Shown here piece by piece: positions 34,982 to 44,815 of a stretch of 64,000 nt of DNA (positions within the stretch are counted from its first letter, which is position 1; every line of letters begins with the position of its first letter). The stretch spans positions 5,881 through 69,880 of the forward strand of contig JAKLEC010000002.1 in NCBI GenBank assembly GCA_022711715.1. The letters run 5' to 3'. A model generated the notes under the pieces. The model made no database searches and was not told the origin of the DNA. It worked only from the letters and a program-made list of their open reading frames with translations. Source of the stretch: Acidobacteriota bacterium. GTDB lineage: Bacteria > Acidobacteriota > Aminicenantia > UBA2199. The position numbers were made by a program, and so were the translations under genes.

Positions 34982-36304
34982 TCATTCTCCGATCTCGTTC
35001 TCCACCAGGGACTGGAAGACGGGCATGCTCTTCTCGATCGTCCCCGGATCGCGGGCCTCGATCATGACCCGCAGCTTGGGTTCGGTCCCCGAGTAGCGGA
35101 CCAGCAGCCGCGCCCGGCCGCCGTGGGCGCGGGCGAAGCGGGCGGCCTCGGCCTGGAGGGCCGGCCAGCGCGACAGCGCGGGCTTGCGGCGCACGCGGAT
35201 GCTGAGCGTCCGCTGCGGGAACAGGCGCAGGCGCCGGCCCAGCTCGGCCGCGTCCCAGGCGAAATGGCGCAGGGCGCGCAGCACGTACAGGGCGGTGAGC
35301 AGGCCGTCGCCGCTGCTGTGGCGGTGGCGCAGGATGACGTGCCCCGACGGCTCGCCGCCCAGGATGGCGCCGCAGCGGACCATCAGCTGGAAGACGTGCT
35401 TGTCGCCGACGTCGGCGCGGCGGAAGCCGATGCCGGCCCGGCGCAGCGCCTGCTCCAGCCCCAGGTTGCTCATCACCGTCCCCACCACCGTGCGGTTGAA
35501 GCGCGGCTCGCGGTCGCGCAGGTACAGGGCCAGCAGGTACAGGACGTGATCGCCGTCGAGCAGGCCGCCGCCGGCGTCGCAGAAGACGGCGCGGTCGGCG
35601 TCGCCGTCGAGGGCCAGCCCCAGCGCGGCCCGACGCCGCCCGACCAGCCGCTGCAGGGCGGCGGGGGCGGTCGAGCCGCAGCCGGCGTTGATGTTGCGGC
35701 CGTCGGGCCGGGCGTGGCCGACGACGGCGTCCAGCCCCAGGCGGCGGAACAGGGCGGGCGCCCAGCGCGAGGCGGCGCCGTTGGCGCAGTCGACGGCCAG
35801 GCGCCCCCGGCCCGGCGTGAGCAGACCCTCGCCCTGGAGCGCCAGGAAGTCGAGGTAGGGGGCGGTATCGACGGGCGCCGGCGCGCAGCGCGAGCGATGC
35901 GCGCGCGGCGCGGCGCCGAGGACTTCACGGCCGATGTGCGCCTCCAGCCGGGCGGACAGCTTGCGGCCGCCGGCGTCGAAGACCTTGATGCCGTTGTCCT
36001 GCCAGGGGTTGTGCGAGGCCGAGACCATGACCCCGAGATCGAAGCCCAGGGCGCGGGTCAGGTAGGCCAGCCCCGGCGTGGGCACGACGCCGGCGCTGAA
36101 GGCGCGCGCCCGCGCCCCCATGCCGGCGGCCAGCTGGCGCTCGATCGCAGGCCCGGACTCGCGCGTGTCGCGGCCGATGAGGACGCGCGGCCGGTCACGG
36201 AGCCCGGCGATGGCGGCGCCGATGCGCGCCAGCGTGTCGGGATCGAGAGGGGGCGCGCCGGCGCGGCCGCGGATGCCGTCGGTGCCGAAGAGGGCCGCGC
36301 TCAT
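34982..36304 (-). CDS. glmM: Phosphoglucosamine mutase
   Basis: Track ORF trimmed to MSAALFGTDGIRG. Phosphoserine loop SASHNPWQDNGIK, metal loop DGDADR, GGEPSGH. ATGA overlap with cdaR. Confidence 0.9.
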   Translation of the reverse strand: MSAALFGTDGIRGRAGAPPLDPDTLARIGAAIAGLRDRPRVLIGRDTRESGPAIERQLAAGMGARARAFSAGVVPTPGLAYLTRALGFDLGVMVSASHNPWQDNGIKVFDAGGRKLSARLEAHIGREVLGAAPRAHRSRCAPAPVDTAPYLDFLALQGEGLLTPGRGRLAVDCANGAASRWAPALFRRLGLDAVVGHARPDGRNINAGCGSTAPAALQRLVGRRRAALGLALDGDADRAVFCDAGGGLLDGDHVLYLLALYLRDREPRFNRTVVGTVMSNLGLEQALRRAGIGFRRADVGDKHVFQLMVRCGAILGGEPSGHVILRHRHSSGDGLLTALYVLRALRHFAWDAAELGRRLRLFPQRTLSIRVRRKPALSRWPALQAEAARFARAHGGRARLLVRYSGTEPKLRVMIEARDPGTIEKSMPVFQSLVENEIGE

Positions 36305-36975
36305 TTGCGGGTGCCGCGCTCCTCGATCTCCAGCTGCAGCTCCACGTCGCGGCGATCGCGGAACTTCAGGATGTCGGGCGTCTGCTGCAGGCCCAGCCGG
36401 CGGGTCAGGCTGGCCCCCGCCGTCCCCAGGTCGAACTCCTCGGTCTGCACGGCGTCGATGCGTTCGATGCGCGACTTGTAGCCCATGATGGCGATGCGGT
36501 CGGGCACCACCCGCGCCGCGAGCAACCGCAGGCGGGCCGGCAGCCGGCCGCGCAGCTGCAGCCGCACCGGCACCTCGCGGGTGACGAACTCCTCGACGAA
36601 GACCTCGATCATCTTGGGGTGGATGGAGACGACCTGTACCCCCTCGGGAAGGTCCAGGTAGTCCTCGGCGAAGTAGTTCAGCTTGCCGGTCTCCTTGACG
36701 TTGGCCAGGTCGATGCGGATGGCGTTGGCCTCGGCGCCGACGGCGGCCACGAACTTCGAGGCCCCCTTCAGCGACACGGTCACCTCCTCCGGCCGCAGGC
36801 CCGACACCTCGAGGTTCTCCGAGACGTGGACCACCTCCACCGGCAGCTTCAGCGTCTTCTCGGAATAGGCGCGCTCGCCGCCGCTGATCACCGCCCACAC
36901 CAGCAGCGCCAGCGCCAGGGCGCTGGCCTTGAGGCCCAGGTTGCGGAACAGGAGATTCTTCAGCGGGTCGGCCAT
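36301..36975 (-). CDS. cdaR: YbbR-domain protein (CdaR, regulator of CdaA)
   Basis: N-terminal TM anchor followed by YbbR-like repeats; conserved position between cdaA and glmM. Confidence 0.75.
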   Translation of the reverse strand: MADPLKNLLFRNLGLKASALALALLVWAVISGGERAYSEKTLKLPVEVVHVSENLEVSGLRPEEVTVSLKGASKFVAAVGAEANAIRIDLANVKETGKLNYFAEDYLDLPEGVQVVSIHPKMIEVFVEEFVTREVPVRLQLRGRLPARLRLLAARVVPDRIAIMGYKSRIERIDAVQTEEFDLGTAGASLTRRLGLQQTPDILKFRDRRDVELQLEIEERGTRK

Positions 36976-36976
36976 G

Positions 36977-37735
36977 TCACACCTTCAGGAAGCGCAGGCG
37001 GTTCTTCAGGCCCTCGCGGTCCAGGCCGCGGATCAGCTCGCCCTTGACGGCCAGCGAGATCTTGCCGGTCTGCTCGGAGACGACGATGGCCACGCAGTCG
37101 GTCTCCTGGCTGATGCCGATGGCCGCCAGGTGGCGTCCGCCTGCCGGGGTCAGTTCCAGCAGCGGCGGGTAGGGGAAGAAGCAGTTGGCGGCGGCGATGC
37201 GCCCGGCGGAGATGATCACCGCCCCGTCGTGCAGCGGCGTGTTGGGCGAGAAGATGGTCAGCAGCATGTCCTTGGAAACCACGGCGTCGATGCGGATGTG
37301 CTTGTCGATGTAGGACTTCAGCTTGATCTCGCGCTCGACGGCGATCAGGGCGCCGACCTTGCCCAGCGACATGGCCACGGCGGCGTTGACGATCTCGTCG
37401 CGGATGCGCGAGACGTCGGCGGGGACGAAGGCGCTGCGCATCTTGCCGCCGATCTCGGCCAGGATCTTGCGGAACTCGCCCTGGAACAGCACGATGATGG
37501 CGAAGACCAGGTAGGCGAAGAAGTTGTTCAGCACGTAGGAGAAGGCGGTCAGCTTGAGCAGGCCGGACAGCAGGGCCAGGAAGCCGATGAGCATCAGCCC
37601 CAGCGCCATCTGGTAGGACTTGGTGCCCTTGATCAGCAGCAGGACGTAGTAGAAGAGCAGAAAGAGCAGGAAGATGTCGAGGATGTCCTTGGGCGTGATC
37701 TTGGCGAAGGCGCCGAGGACGTTCTCGATGACCAT
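36977..37735 (-). CDS. cdaA: Diadenylate cyclase CdaA (DAC domain, membrane-anchored)
   Basis: Three N-terminal TM helices. DAC motifs LHDGAVII and GGRHLAAIGISQETD (the canonical RHR reads RHL here). Confidence 0.88.
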   Translation of the reverse strand: MVIENVLGAFAKITPKDILDIFLLFLLFYYVLLLIKGTKSYQMALGLMLIGFLALLSGLLKLTAFSYVLNNFFAYLVFAIIVLFQGEFRKILAEIGGKMRSAFVPADVSRIRDEIVNAAVAMSLGKVGALIAVEREIKLKSYIDKHIRIDAVVSKDMLLTIFSPNTPLHDGAVIISAGRIAAANCFFPYPPLLELTPAGGRHLAAIGISQETDCVAIVVSEQTGKISLAVKGELIRGLDREGLKNRLRFLKV

Positions 37736-39610
37736 TTACTTGGCTTCGGCGGCGGCGCCGTTGCGCGGCTTGCGGCGCTTGGCCTGGCTGGCATCGGGCT
37801 TGCGCGGCGTGCCCAGGATGAGGGCGATGTCGTCCGAGGTCAGCGATTCCCGCTCCAGCAGCTGCTGGGCGATGGTCTCCAGCTGGGCGCGATGATCGAG
37901 GATGATCTGCCGGGCGTGGGCGTAGGCCTGGTCGATGATCTTGCGGATTTCGGCGTCGATCTTGCGCGCCGTTTCCTCGGAGTACTCGTTGTGCGACATC
38001 ATGTCGCGGCCGAGGAAGATCATGTCCTCCTTGCGGCCCAGGGCGATGGGGCCGAGGTCGGACATGCCCCACTCGCAGACCATCTTGCGGGCGATGGAGG
38101 TGGCGTTCTCGATGTCGCTGCGGGCGCCGTTGGTGGTGGTCTTGAGGAATTCCTCCTCGGCGATGCGCCCGGCCATGGAGACCGACAGCTGCGCCATCAG
38201 GTAGGACTTGGAATAGGTGTACTTGTCGTCCAGCGGCAGTTGCTGGGTGACGCCCAGGGCCATGCCGCGCGGGATGATGGAGACCTTGTGCAGCGGGTCG
38301 GCCTCCTTTTCCATGGCGGCGATCAGGGCGTGGCCGGCCTCGTGGTAGGCGGTGTTGCGCTTCTCGTCGTCGGAGATGATCATGCTGCGGCGCTCGCTGC
38401 CCATCAGCACCTTGTCCTTGGCGTACTCGAAGTCCTCCATGGCGATGCTCTTCTTGCCGTTGCGCGAGGCGTACAGGGCCGCCTCGTTGACCATGTTGGC
38501 GATGTCGGCGCCGGTGAAGCCGGGGGTGGAGCGGGCCAGCACCGGCAGGTCGACGTCCTTGGCCAGCGGCGTGCTGCGCGTGTGCACCTTGAGGATCTCC
38601 TCGCGCCCCTTGACGTCGGGGGTGGAGACGACGATGCGGCGGTCGAAGCGGCCGGGGCGCAGCAGCGCCGAGTCCAGGATGTCGGGGCGGTTGGTGGCGG
38701 CGATGATGATCACGCCCTCGTTGGCGTCGAAGCCGTCCATCTCCACCAGCAGCTGGTTCAGCGTCTGCTCGCGCTCGTCGTGGCCGCCGCCCAGGCCGGT
38801 GCCGCGCTGCCGGCCCACGGCGTCGATCTCGTCGATGAAGATCAGGCAGGGGGCGTGCTTCTTGCCCTCGTCGAACAGGTCGCGCACCCGCGAGGCGCCG
38901 ACGCCGACGAAGAGCTCGACGAAGTCGGAGCCGGAGATGGAAAAGAAGGGGACGTTGGCCTCGCCGGCGATGGCCTTGGCCAGCAGGGTCTTGCCCGTTC
39001 CCGGCGGGCCGATCAGCAGCACGCCCTTGGGGATCTTGCCGCCCAGGCGCTGGAACTTCTTCGGCTCCTTGAGGAACTCGATGATCTCCTCCAGCTCCTC
39101 CTTGGCCTCCTCGACGCCGGCCACGTCCTTGAAGGTGAACTTGTTGCGGTCGCCGGTGAACATGCGCGCCTTGCTCTTGCCGAAGGTGAAGGCCTTGTTG
39201 CCGCCCTGCTGGCGCATGATCATCACCCAGAAGGCGATGAGGATGACGAACGGCGCCCAGGAGAGCAGGATGCCCAGCCACTCGTTCTTGTTCAGCTTCT
39301 CCACCTCGATGTTGACCTTGTGCTGGCGCAGCTTGTTGATCAGGTCGGGATAGTCCAGCGGGATGGTCGACTCGTAGCGCGTGTAGTCGCTGCCGTCCTC
39401 CAGGTTCATGTCGCCGTTGATGACGTTGCCGGCGATGCGGGCGCTGGAGATCTGGTCGTTCTCGACCTTGTCCATGAACTCGGAGAATGTCAGGGCCTTG
39501 GTCTTGCCGCTGGCGACGTGGTTCAGCGTGTTCCACAGCAGCACCAGGATGATCACCGAAACGATCCAGAAGAAGATGCCCTTCGGGGCCTTGGCTTTGA
39601 TCATGTTCAT
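37736..39610 (-). CDS. ftsH: ATP-dependent zinc metalloprotease FtsH
   Basis: Walker [14 protein letters not shown], Walker [13 protein letters not shown] region, zinc site HEAGHAL. Confidence 0.95.
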   Translation of the reverse strand: MNMIKAKAPKGIFFWIVSVIILVLLWNTLNHVASGKTKALTFSEFMDKVENDQISSARIAGNVINGDMNLEDGSDYTRYESTIPLDYPDLINKLRQHKVNIEVEKLNKNEWLGILLSWAPFVILIAFWVMIMRQQGGNKAFTFGKSKARMFTGDRNKFTFKDVAGVEEAKEELEEIIEFLKEPKKFQRLGGKIPKGVLLIGPPGTGKTLLAKAIAGEANVPFFSISGSDFVELFVGVGASRVRDLFDEGKKHAPCLIFIDEIDAVGRQRGTGLGGGHDEREQTLNQLLVEMDGFDANEGVIIIAATNRPDILDSALLRPGRFDRRIVVSTPDVKGREEILKVHTRSTPLAKDVDLPVLARSTPGFTGADIANMVNEAALYASRNGKKSIAMEDFEYAKDKVLMGSERRSMIISDDEKRNTAYHEAGHALIAAMEKEADPLHKVSIIPRGMALGVTQQLPLDDKYTYSKSYLMAQLSVSMAGRIAEEEFLKTTTNGARSDIENATSIARKMVCEWGMSDLGPIALGRKEDMIFLGRDMMSHNEYSEETARKIDAEIRKIIDQAYAHARQIILDHRAQLETIAQQLLERESLTSDDIALILGTPRKPDASQAKRRKPRNGAAAEAK

Positions 39611-39642
39611 GACTTCAGTTTTCCCTTGTGATTGATTTGCCC

Positions 39643-39651
39643 TTCATTATA
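39643..39651 (-). promoter_or_regulatory. Extended -10 promoter element upstream of ftsH
   Basis: On the minus strand: TGCTATAAT (TATAAT = 39651-39646), ~35 nt before the ftsH ATG. Preceded by a 9-bp hairpin CCCGGGGCG/CGCCCCGGG. Confidence 0.4.
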
Positions 39652-39752
39652 GCACAAACGGCGCCCGGGGCGAAGACGCCCCGGGAACGATAAGAACCAG
39701 GAGCCGCTGACATGCGGCTGACGGTGGACTGGAAATCAGCTAAAAGATCTTC

Positions 39753-39941
39753 AAGGTTCGACGTTCGAGGTTCGACGCTGCCGGCCCCGCCAGGGGCGGC
39801 GTCCCCGAGGAGGGCTCGTTCCGAGTGGGGTTCGACGTAACGAAGGCCAATTCGCTTGGGTGCTGAAGATTCCTAAATTGGATGCTGATCGTCCGATTGC
39901 CTTTGCCGTAAACCGTATGCCGTACACCGTATGCCGAGTGC
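39753..39941. repeat. Modular repeat element R4 (copy of R3 with a 53-nt insertion)
   Basis: GTTCGAC GTTCGAG GTTCGAC (39756-39776), then a 53-nt GC-rich insertion (39777-39829), then GTTCGAC GTAACGA (39830-39843). Core AGGCCAATTCGCTTGGGTGCTGAAG... Then CCGTAAA CCGTATG CCGTACA CCGTATG CCGAGTG (39906-39940). Confidence 0.9.
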
Positions 39942-39978
39942 AAGTTGCCATCACGATCACGGAGAGATCGCCTGGTTC

Positions 39979-41241
39979 CTAGATGACCTTGTGCTCCTTC
40001 CCCACCTTGGCGAAGGCGGCGATCGCCTTCTCCAGGTGCTCGCGGGTGTGCGCCGCCGAGACCTGCACGCGGATGCGCGACTGGCCGCGCGGCACCACCG
40101 GGAAGAAGAAGCCCACGACGTAGATGCCCTCGGCGTAGAGGTCGCGGGCGAACTGCTGCGAGAGCTGAGCGTCGTTGGCGAACTTGCGGAACAGGACGGG
40201 GACGATGGGGTGGATGCCCTCGTTGATGTCGAAGCCCAGGCGCGTCATCTCCGAGCGGAAGAACGCCGTGTTCTCCATCAGCCGCTGGCGCAGGTCGTCG
40301 CTCTTCTCCAGCAGGTCGAAGGCGGCGATGCCGGCGGCGGCGATCGACGGCGCCAGGGTGTTGGAGAAGAGGTAGGGGCGCGACTTCTGGCGCAGGATCT
40401 CGATCATCTCGCGGCGGCCGGTGGTGAAGCCGCCGGTGGCGCCGCCCATGGCCTTGCCCAGGGTGGAGGTGATCAGGTCCACCTGGCCGAGGGCGTCGTG
40501 CACCTCGACCGAGCCGCGGCCCCGGCGGCCCAGGAAGCCGGTGGCGTGCGACTCGTCGACCATGACCAGCGCGTCATAGCGGTTGGCCAGCTCGATGATG
40601 CCGCGCACGTTGGCGATGTCGCCGTCCATGGAGAACACCCCGTCGGTGGCGATGACGATGTTGCGCGCCGGGACCGGCTCCTTGTCCAGGCCCGGCCCGT
40701 CCCAGACGTCCGCGCCCTCGCGGGCCTTGCGCAGGACGCTTTCCAGCGAGTCCATGTCGGAGTGCTCGTAGATGAAGCGCTTGGCCTTGCACAGGCGGAT
40801 GCCGTCGATGATGCTGGCATGGTTCAGGGCGTCGGTGACGATGGCGTCCTCCGCCCCCAGCAGGCTCTCGAACAGCCCGCCGTTGGCGTCGAAGCACGAG
40901 GAATAGAGGATGGTGTCCTCGGCCTGGTAGAACTGCGAGATGCGCTCCTCCAGGCGCTTGTGCAGGTCCTGGGTGCCGCAGATGAAGCGCACCGAGGCCA
41001 GGCCGAAGCCGTAGCGGTCGAGCGCCTCGTGGGCGGCGTGCACGATGTCGGGGTGGTTGGCCAGCCCCAGGTAGTTGTTGGAGCAGAAGTTCAGCACCTC
41101 GCGGGGCTCCGAGCCGGCGGGGAACTGGACGTGGATCTCGGGCTTCTGGCTGGAGAGGATGGTGCGCTCCTCCTTGAACAGGCCCGCGTCCTTGATCTTG
41201 ATGATCTCCTGCTTGAAGTCGTATTTCACTCGCTGGTACAT
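39979..41241 (-). CDS. kbl: Glycine C-acetyltransferase (2-amino-3-ketobutyrate CoA ligase)
   Basis: Very close by eye to E. coli Kbl: NNYLGLANHPD, SVRFICGTQD, YSSCFDANGGLFESLLGAEDAI, DESHATGF, TLGKA (PLP Lys). Has a ~20-aa insertion (REGADVWDGPGLDKEPVPARN). Confidence 0.88.
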   Translation of the reverse strand: MYQRVKYDFKQEIIKIKDAGLFKEERTILSSQKPEIHVQFPAGSEPREVLNFCSNNYLGLANHPDIVHAAHEALDRYGFGLASVRFICGTQDLHKRLEERISQFYQAEDTILYSSCFDANGGLFESLLGAEDAIVTDALNHASIIDGIRLCKAKRFIYEHSDMDSLESVLRKAREGADVWDGPGLDKEPVPARNIVIATDGVFSMDGDIANVRGIIELANRYDALVMVDESHATGFLGRRGRGSVEVHDALGQVDLITSTLGKAMGGATGGFTTGRREMIEILRQKSRPYLFSNTLAPSIAAAGIAAFDLLEKSDDLRQRLMENTAFFRSEMTRLGFDINEGIHPIVPVLFRKFANDAQLSQQFARDLYAEGIYVVGFFFPVVPRGQSRIRVQVSAAHTREHLEKAIAAFAKVGKEHKVI

Positions 41242-41354
41242 GGGTCTCTCCTTAGGCGCCTCATTCTACACCCAAACGGCGGCGACGCCAAACCCCTGGC
41301 CCGGCGCGGTTCGGATCCGCCCCGTTTTTTGCTATAATCGGCCCGCGGGATCCC

Positions 41355-44300
41355 ATGAGCAGCGAGCGAGCAACGAAGAAAGCAGCGGTCGCCGGCGCGG
41401 CGCTGGCCGCCGCCCTGCTGGCGGCCCTGGCCCTGGTGCAGTCGTCGTCGCGCCATCACGCCGGCCCGGCGCCGGTCCTGTACACCGTGGCCTCCGCCCA
41501 TCTGGACAGCCAGTGGCGGTGGGCCTACCCGGCGACCATCTCCGAGTACCTGCCGCGGACCGTGCGCCTCAACCTCGGGCTCATCCGCCGCTACCCGCGC
41601 TACGTCTTCAACTTCGGCGGCGCCAACCGCTACCGCCTGCTGGCCGAGTACCACCCGGAGCTGCTGGCCGAGGTGCGGCGGCAGGTCGCCGCCGGCCGCT
41701 GGTTCCCCAGCGGCGCCCTCTTCGAGGAGTGCGACGTGAACCTCGCTGCCCCCGAGTCGGTCATCCGCCAGGTCCTGTACGGCGGGCGCGTCTTCCGCTC
41801 CCTGCTCGGCCGCAGCAGCGCCGAGCTCATGCTCCCCGACGACTTCGGCTTCCCGGCCAGCCTGCCCACGGTCATCGCCCACTGCGGCCTGCGCGGCTTC
41901 TCCACCCAGAAGCTGACCTGGGGATCGAGCGCCGCGGCCGGCGGGCCCGGCTCGCCCCAGGACACCCCGCCGGGCATCCCGTTCAACGTCGGGTTCTGGG
42001 AGGGGGTGGACGGCCGGGGCGTGGTGGCCGCGCTGAACCCGGGCCCGTACGACGGCCGGATCTGGTACGACCTGAGCCGCAGCCCGCGCGCGGCCGGCTA
42101 CTCCGCCCGGGCGGCGGCGCGCATGGTCGACTGGCCCCGGCGCATCACGCGCAACGGCGCCGGCAGCGGCCTGTTCGCCGACTTTATGTACCACGGGGCC
42201 GGCGACCGCGGCGGCGCCCCGCCTCCCGCGTCGCTGGCCCTGCTGGAGGCGATCGTCGGCAAGCGCAACGCCAGGCTGCCGTTGCCGCCGCGGCGCCTCG
42301 GCCTGGAGGCGGGTGAGGCGCTCCCCGCTGGCGGCGCCGTGGCCGCGGTCGGCGGCGGGCCGGTGCGCGTGCTGCCCGCCAGCGCCGAGCGCATGTTCCT
42401 GGACATCGACGCGCGCCAGGCGGCGCGGCTGCCGCGCTACCGCGGCGAGATGCAGCTGCGCGAGCATTCGGCCGGCGTCCTGACCTCGCAGGGCTATGTC
42501 AAGCGCTGGAACCGCCGCAACGAGGCCATGGCCGACGCCGCCGAGCGGGCCGCGCTGGCCGGCGAATGGCTGGGCGGCCTGGACTATCCGCGCCGCGAGC
42601 TGGCCGATGCCTGGGCGCTGGCGCTGGCCGCCCAGTCCCACGACATCCTGGCCGGCACCTGCCTGCCCGAGGCCTATGAATACTCCTGGAACGACCAGCT
42701 GCTGGCCCTGAACCGCTTCCGCTCGCTGCTGGCCGGGGGGGCGGCGGCGGTGGCGGCGGCGCTGGACACCCGCACCGCGGGCGTCCCCGTCGTCGTCTTC
42801 AACCCGCTGGAGACCGAGCGCGAGGACCTGGTGGAGGCGGATGCGCCCTTCGGCGACCGTGCGCCGCCGGCGGTGCGCGTGTTCGATCCCGACGGCCGCG
42901 AGGTGCCGGCGCAGCGCAACGACGACGGCCGCGTCGTCTTCCTGGCCCGCGTGCCCGCCGTCGGCTTCGCGGTCTTCGACCTGCGCCCGGCCGCGGCGCC
43001 GGCCGGCGCCGGCACGCTGCGGGCGGAGCCCGGTGCGCTGGAGAACGGCTTCTACCGCGTGCGCCTGGACGGCAACGGTGACGTGGCCTCCGTCTTCGCC
43101 AAGGAGCTCGGCCGCGAGCTGCTGGCGGCGCCGCTGCGCCTGGAGATCAAGACCGACGCCCCGCGCGCTTTCCCGGCCTGGAACATGGAGTGGCGGGACC
43201 AGGCGCGGCCGCCGCGCCATCTCGTCTCCGCCCCGGCGCGGGTGCGGCTGCGCGAGCGCGGCCCGGCGCGCGTCGCCCTGGAGATCGAGCGCCGGGGCGA
43301 GGGATCGCGCTTCGTGCAGACCGTCCGCCTGGCGGCGGGGGAGGCGGGCCGGCGCCTGGAGTTCGCCGACGCGGTCGACTGGCGCACCGCTGCCGCCCAC
43401 CTGAAGGCCGTGTTCCCGCTGACGGCCGGCAACCGCCTGGCGGACTACAATCTCGACGTCGGCGTCGTCCGCCGGCCGGTCAACGGCCCCGGCATGTTCG
43501 AAATGGCGGCCCAGCGCTGGTTCGACCTGAGCGACGCCGGCGGCGCCTTCGGCGTGACCGTGCTGAGCGGGAGCAAGTACGGCTCCGACCGCCCCGACGA
43601 GCACACCCTGCGCCTGACCCTGCTGCGCACCCCGGCCGCCGCCGGGATCCACGCCCATGAGGCGACCCAGGACTGGGGCCGCCACGAGTTCGCCTATGCC
43701 CTGGCCGCCCACGCCGGCGACTGGCGCCGCGGCGGCAGCGACCGCCAGGCATACCGCCTCGACCAGCCGCTGCTGCCGTTTCGGGCCCGCCGCCACGCCG
43801 GCTTCCTGGGGCGGCGCTTCTCGTTCATGCGCCTGAGCCACCCTGGAGTGCGCGTCCTGGCCCTGAAAAAGGCCGAGGAGGGCCAGGAGATCATCGTCCG
43901 CCTCGTCGAGTCCTGGGGCCGGGGGGCGGCGGGGGCACGGCTGGCATTCGCCGCGCCGCTGCTCGCCGCGCGCGAGGTCGACGGCCAGGAGCGGCCGCTG
44001 GCCGGCAGCGGGGCGCGGCTGGAGCGCGGCGAGCTTGTCGTCGACCTTCCTCCTTTCGGGCTGCGGGCCTTCGCCGTGACCCTCGCCCCGCCGCCGCGGG
44101 CCGTCGGCCGGCCGCCCCAGAAGCCGCTGCCCCTGCCTGCCGACGCGCGCATCGTCAGCCGCAACGGCGAAGCGAACGCGGGCGGTTTCGACGGCCTGGG
44201 CCGGAGCGTGCCGGCCGAGCTCCTCCCGGCTGCGGTCGAATTCCAGGGCGTGACGTTCCGGCTGCGGGCGGCGGGCGACCCGGCCGGCCAGGCCGTCGCC

Positions 44301-44759
44301 TGCCGCGGCCAGGAGATCGCCCTGCCCGCCGGCGATCATGCCAGCCTCCTCGTCCTGGCCGCCGCCGTCGGCGACCGCAGGGCCGTGTTCCGCGTCGACG
44401 GCCGGCCCAGCGAGCTGCGGGTTCAGGACTGGGGAGGCTTCATCGGCCAGTGGGAGCGGCGGGTATGGACGCCGGACAACTCCGCTCAGCCGGCCCGTGC
44501 CGGGCTGGAGCCCGGATTCGTCAAGCCGGCGCCGGTGGCCTGGTTCGCCACGCACCGGCACGCCGCCGGCGGCGGGGACGAGCCGTACGCCTACGCCTAT
44601 GCGTTCGCCTTCGCCATCGACCTGCCCGGCCGGGCGCGCACCCTTCGCCTGCCCGACGATCCCCGCGTCCGCGTGCTGGCCGTCACCGCGGTCGGGGAGG
44701 ACCGGGCCCTGCTTCCCCTGTGGCCGGCCGCCGACGGGCTGCCGCCGGGCAGGCCATGA
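41355..44759 (+). CDS. Glycoside hydrolase family 38 alpha-mannosidase (secreted)
   Basis: Signal/TM-like N-terminus. GH38 N-domain motifs SAHLDSQWRW, MLPDDFGF. ~1130 aa multi-domain size typical of GH38. Confidence 0.8.
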   Translation: MSSERATKKAAVAGAALAAALLAALALVQSSSRHHAGPAPVLYTVASAHLDSQWRWAYPATISEYLPRTVRLNLGLIRRYPRYVFNFGGANRYRLLAEYHPELLAEVRRQVAAGRWFPSGALFEECDVNLAAPESVIRQVLYGGRVFRSLLGRSSAELMLPDDFGFPASLPTVIAHCGLRGFSTQKLTWGSSAAAGGPGSPQDTPPGIPFNVGFWEGVDGRGVVAALNPGPYDGRIWYDLSRSPRAAGYSARAAARMVDWPRRITRNGAGSGLFADFMYHGAGDRGGAPPPASLALLEAIVGKRNARLPLPPRRLGLEAGEALPAGGAVAAVGGGPVRVLPASAERMFLDIDARQAARLPRYRGEMQLREHSAGVLTSQGYVKRWNRRNEAMADAAERAALAGEWLGGLDYPRRELADAWALALAAQSHDILAGTCLPEAYEYSWNDQLLALNRFRSLLAGGAAAVAAALDTRTAGVPVVVFNPLETEREDLVEADAPFGDRAPPAVRVFDPDGREVPAQRNDDGRVVFLARVPAVGFAVFDLRPAAAPAGAGTLRAEPGALENGFYRVRLDGNGDVASVFAKELGRELLAAPLRLEIKTDAPRAFPAWNMEWRDQARPPRHLVSAPARVRLRERGPARVALEIERRGEGSRFVQTVRLAAGEAGRRLEFADAVDWRTAAAHLKAVFPLTAGNRLADYNLDVGVVRRPVNGPGMFEMAAQRWFDLSDAGGAFGVTVLSGSKYGSDRPDEHTLRLTLLRTPAAAGIHAHEATQDWGRHEFAYALAAHAGDWRRGGSDRQAYRLDQPLLPFRARRHAGFLGRRFSFMRLSHPGVRVLALKKAEEGQEIIVRLVESWGRGAAGARLAFAAPLLAAREVDGQERPLAGSGARLERGELVVDLPPFGLRAFAVTLAPPPRAVGRPPQKPLPLPADARIVSRNGEANAGGFDGLGRSVPAELLPAAVEFQGVTFRLRAAGDPAGQAVACRGQEIALPAGDHASLLVLAAAVGDRRAVFRVDGRPSELRVQDWGGFIGQWERRVWTPDNSAQPARAGLEPGFVKPAPVAWFATHRHAAGGGDEPYAYAYAFAFAIDLPGRARTLRLPDDPRVRVLAVTAVGEDRALLPLWPAADGLPPGRP

Positions 44760-44779
44760 GCGCGTTTCGCGATTTTGCT

Positions 44780-44807
44780 TTGCAATCGGTCATTTTTACG
44801 CTATATT
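44780..44807 (+). promoter_or_regulatory. Sigma70-like promoter for the sensor kinase (near-leaderless)
   Basis: TTGCAA (44780-44785), 16-nt spacer, TATATT (44802-44807); ATG 8 nt further on, no Shine-Dalgarno. Confidence 0.4.
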
Positions 44808-44815
44808 GTTCCCTG

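Noticed and set aside
32488-39905. Differences between the two ~140-nt element copies as a DGR template/variable-repeat pair
   Set aside because: Substitutions run in both directions (A to G and G to A, C to T and T to C) rather than being adenine-specific. No reverse transcriptase is present, and neither copy lies in a coding region.
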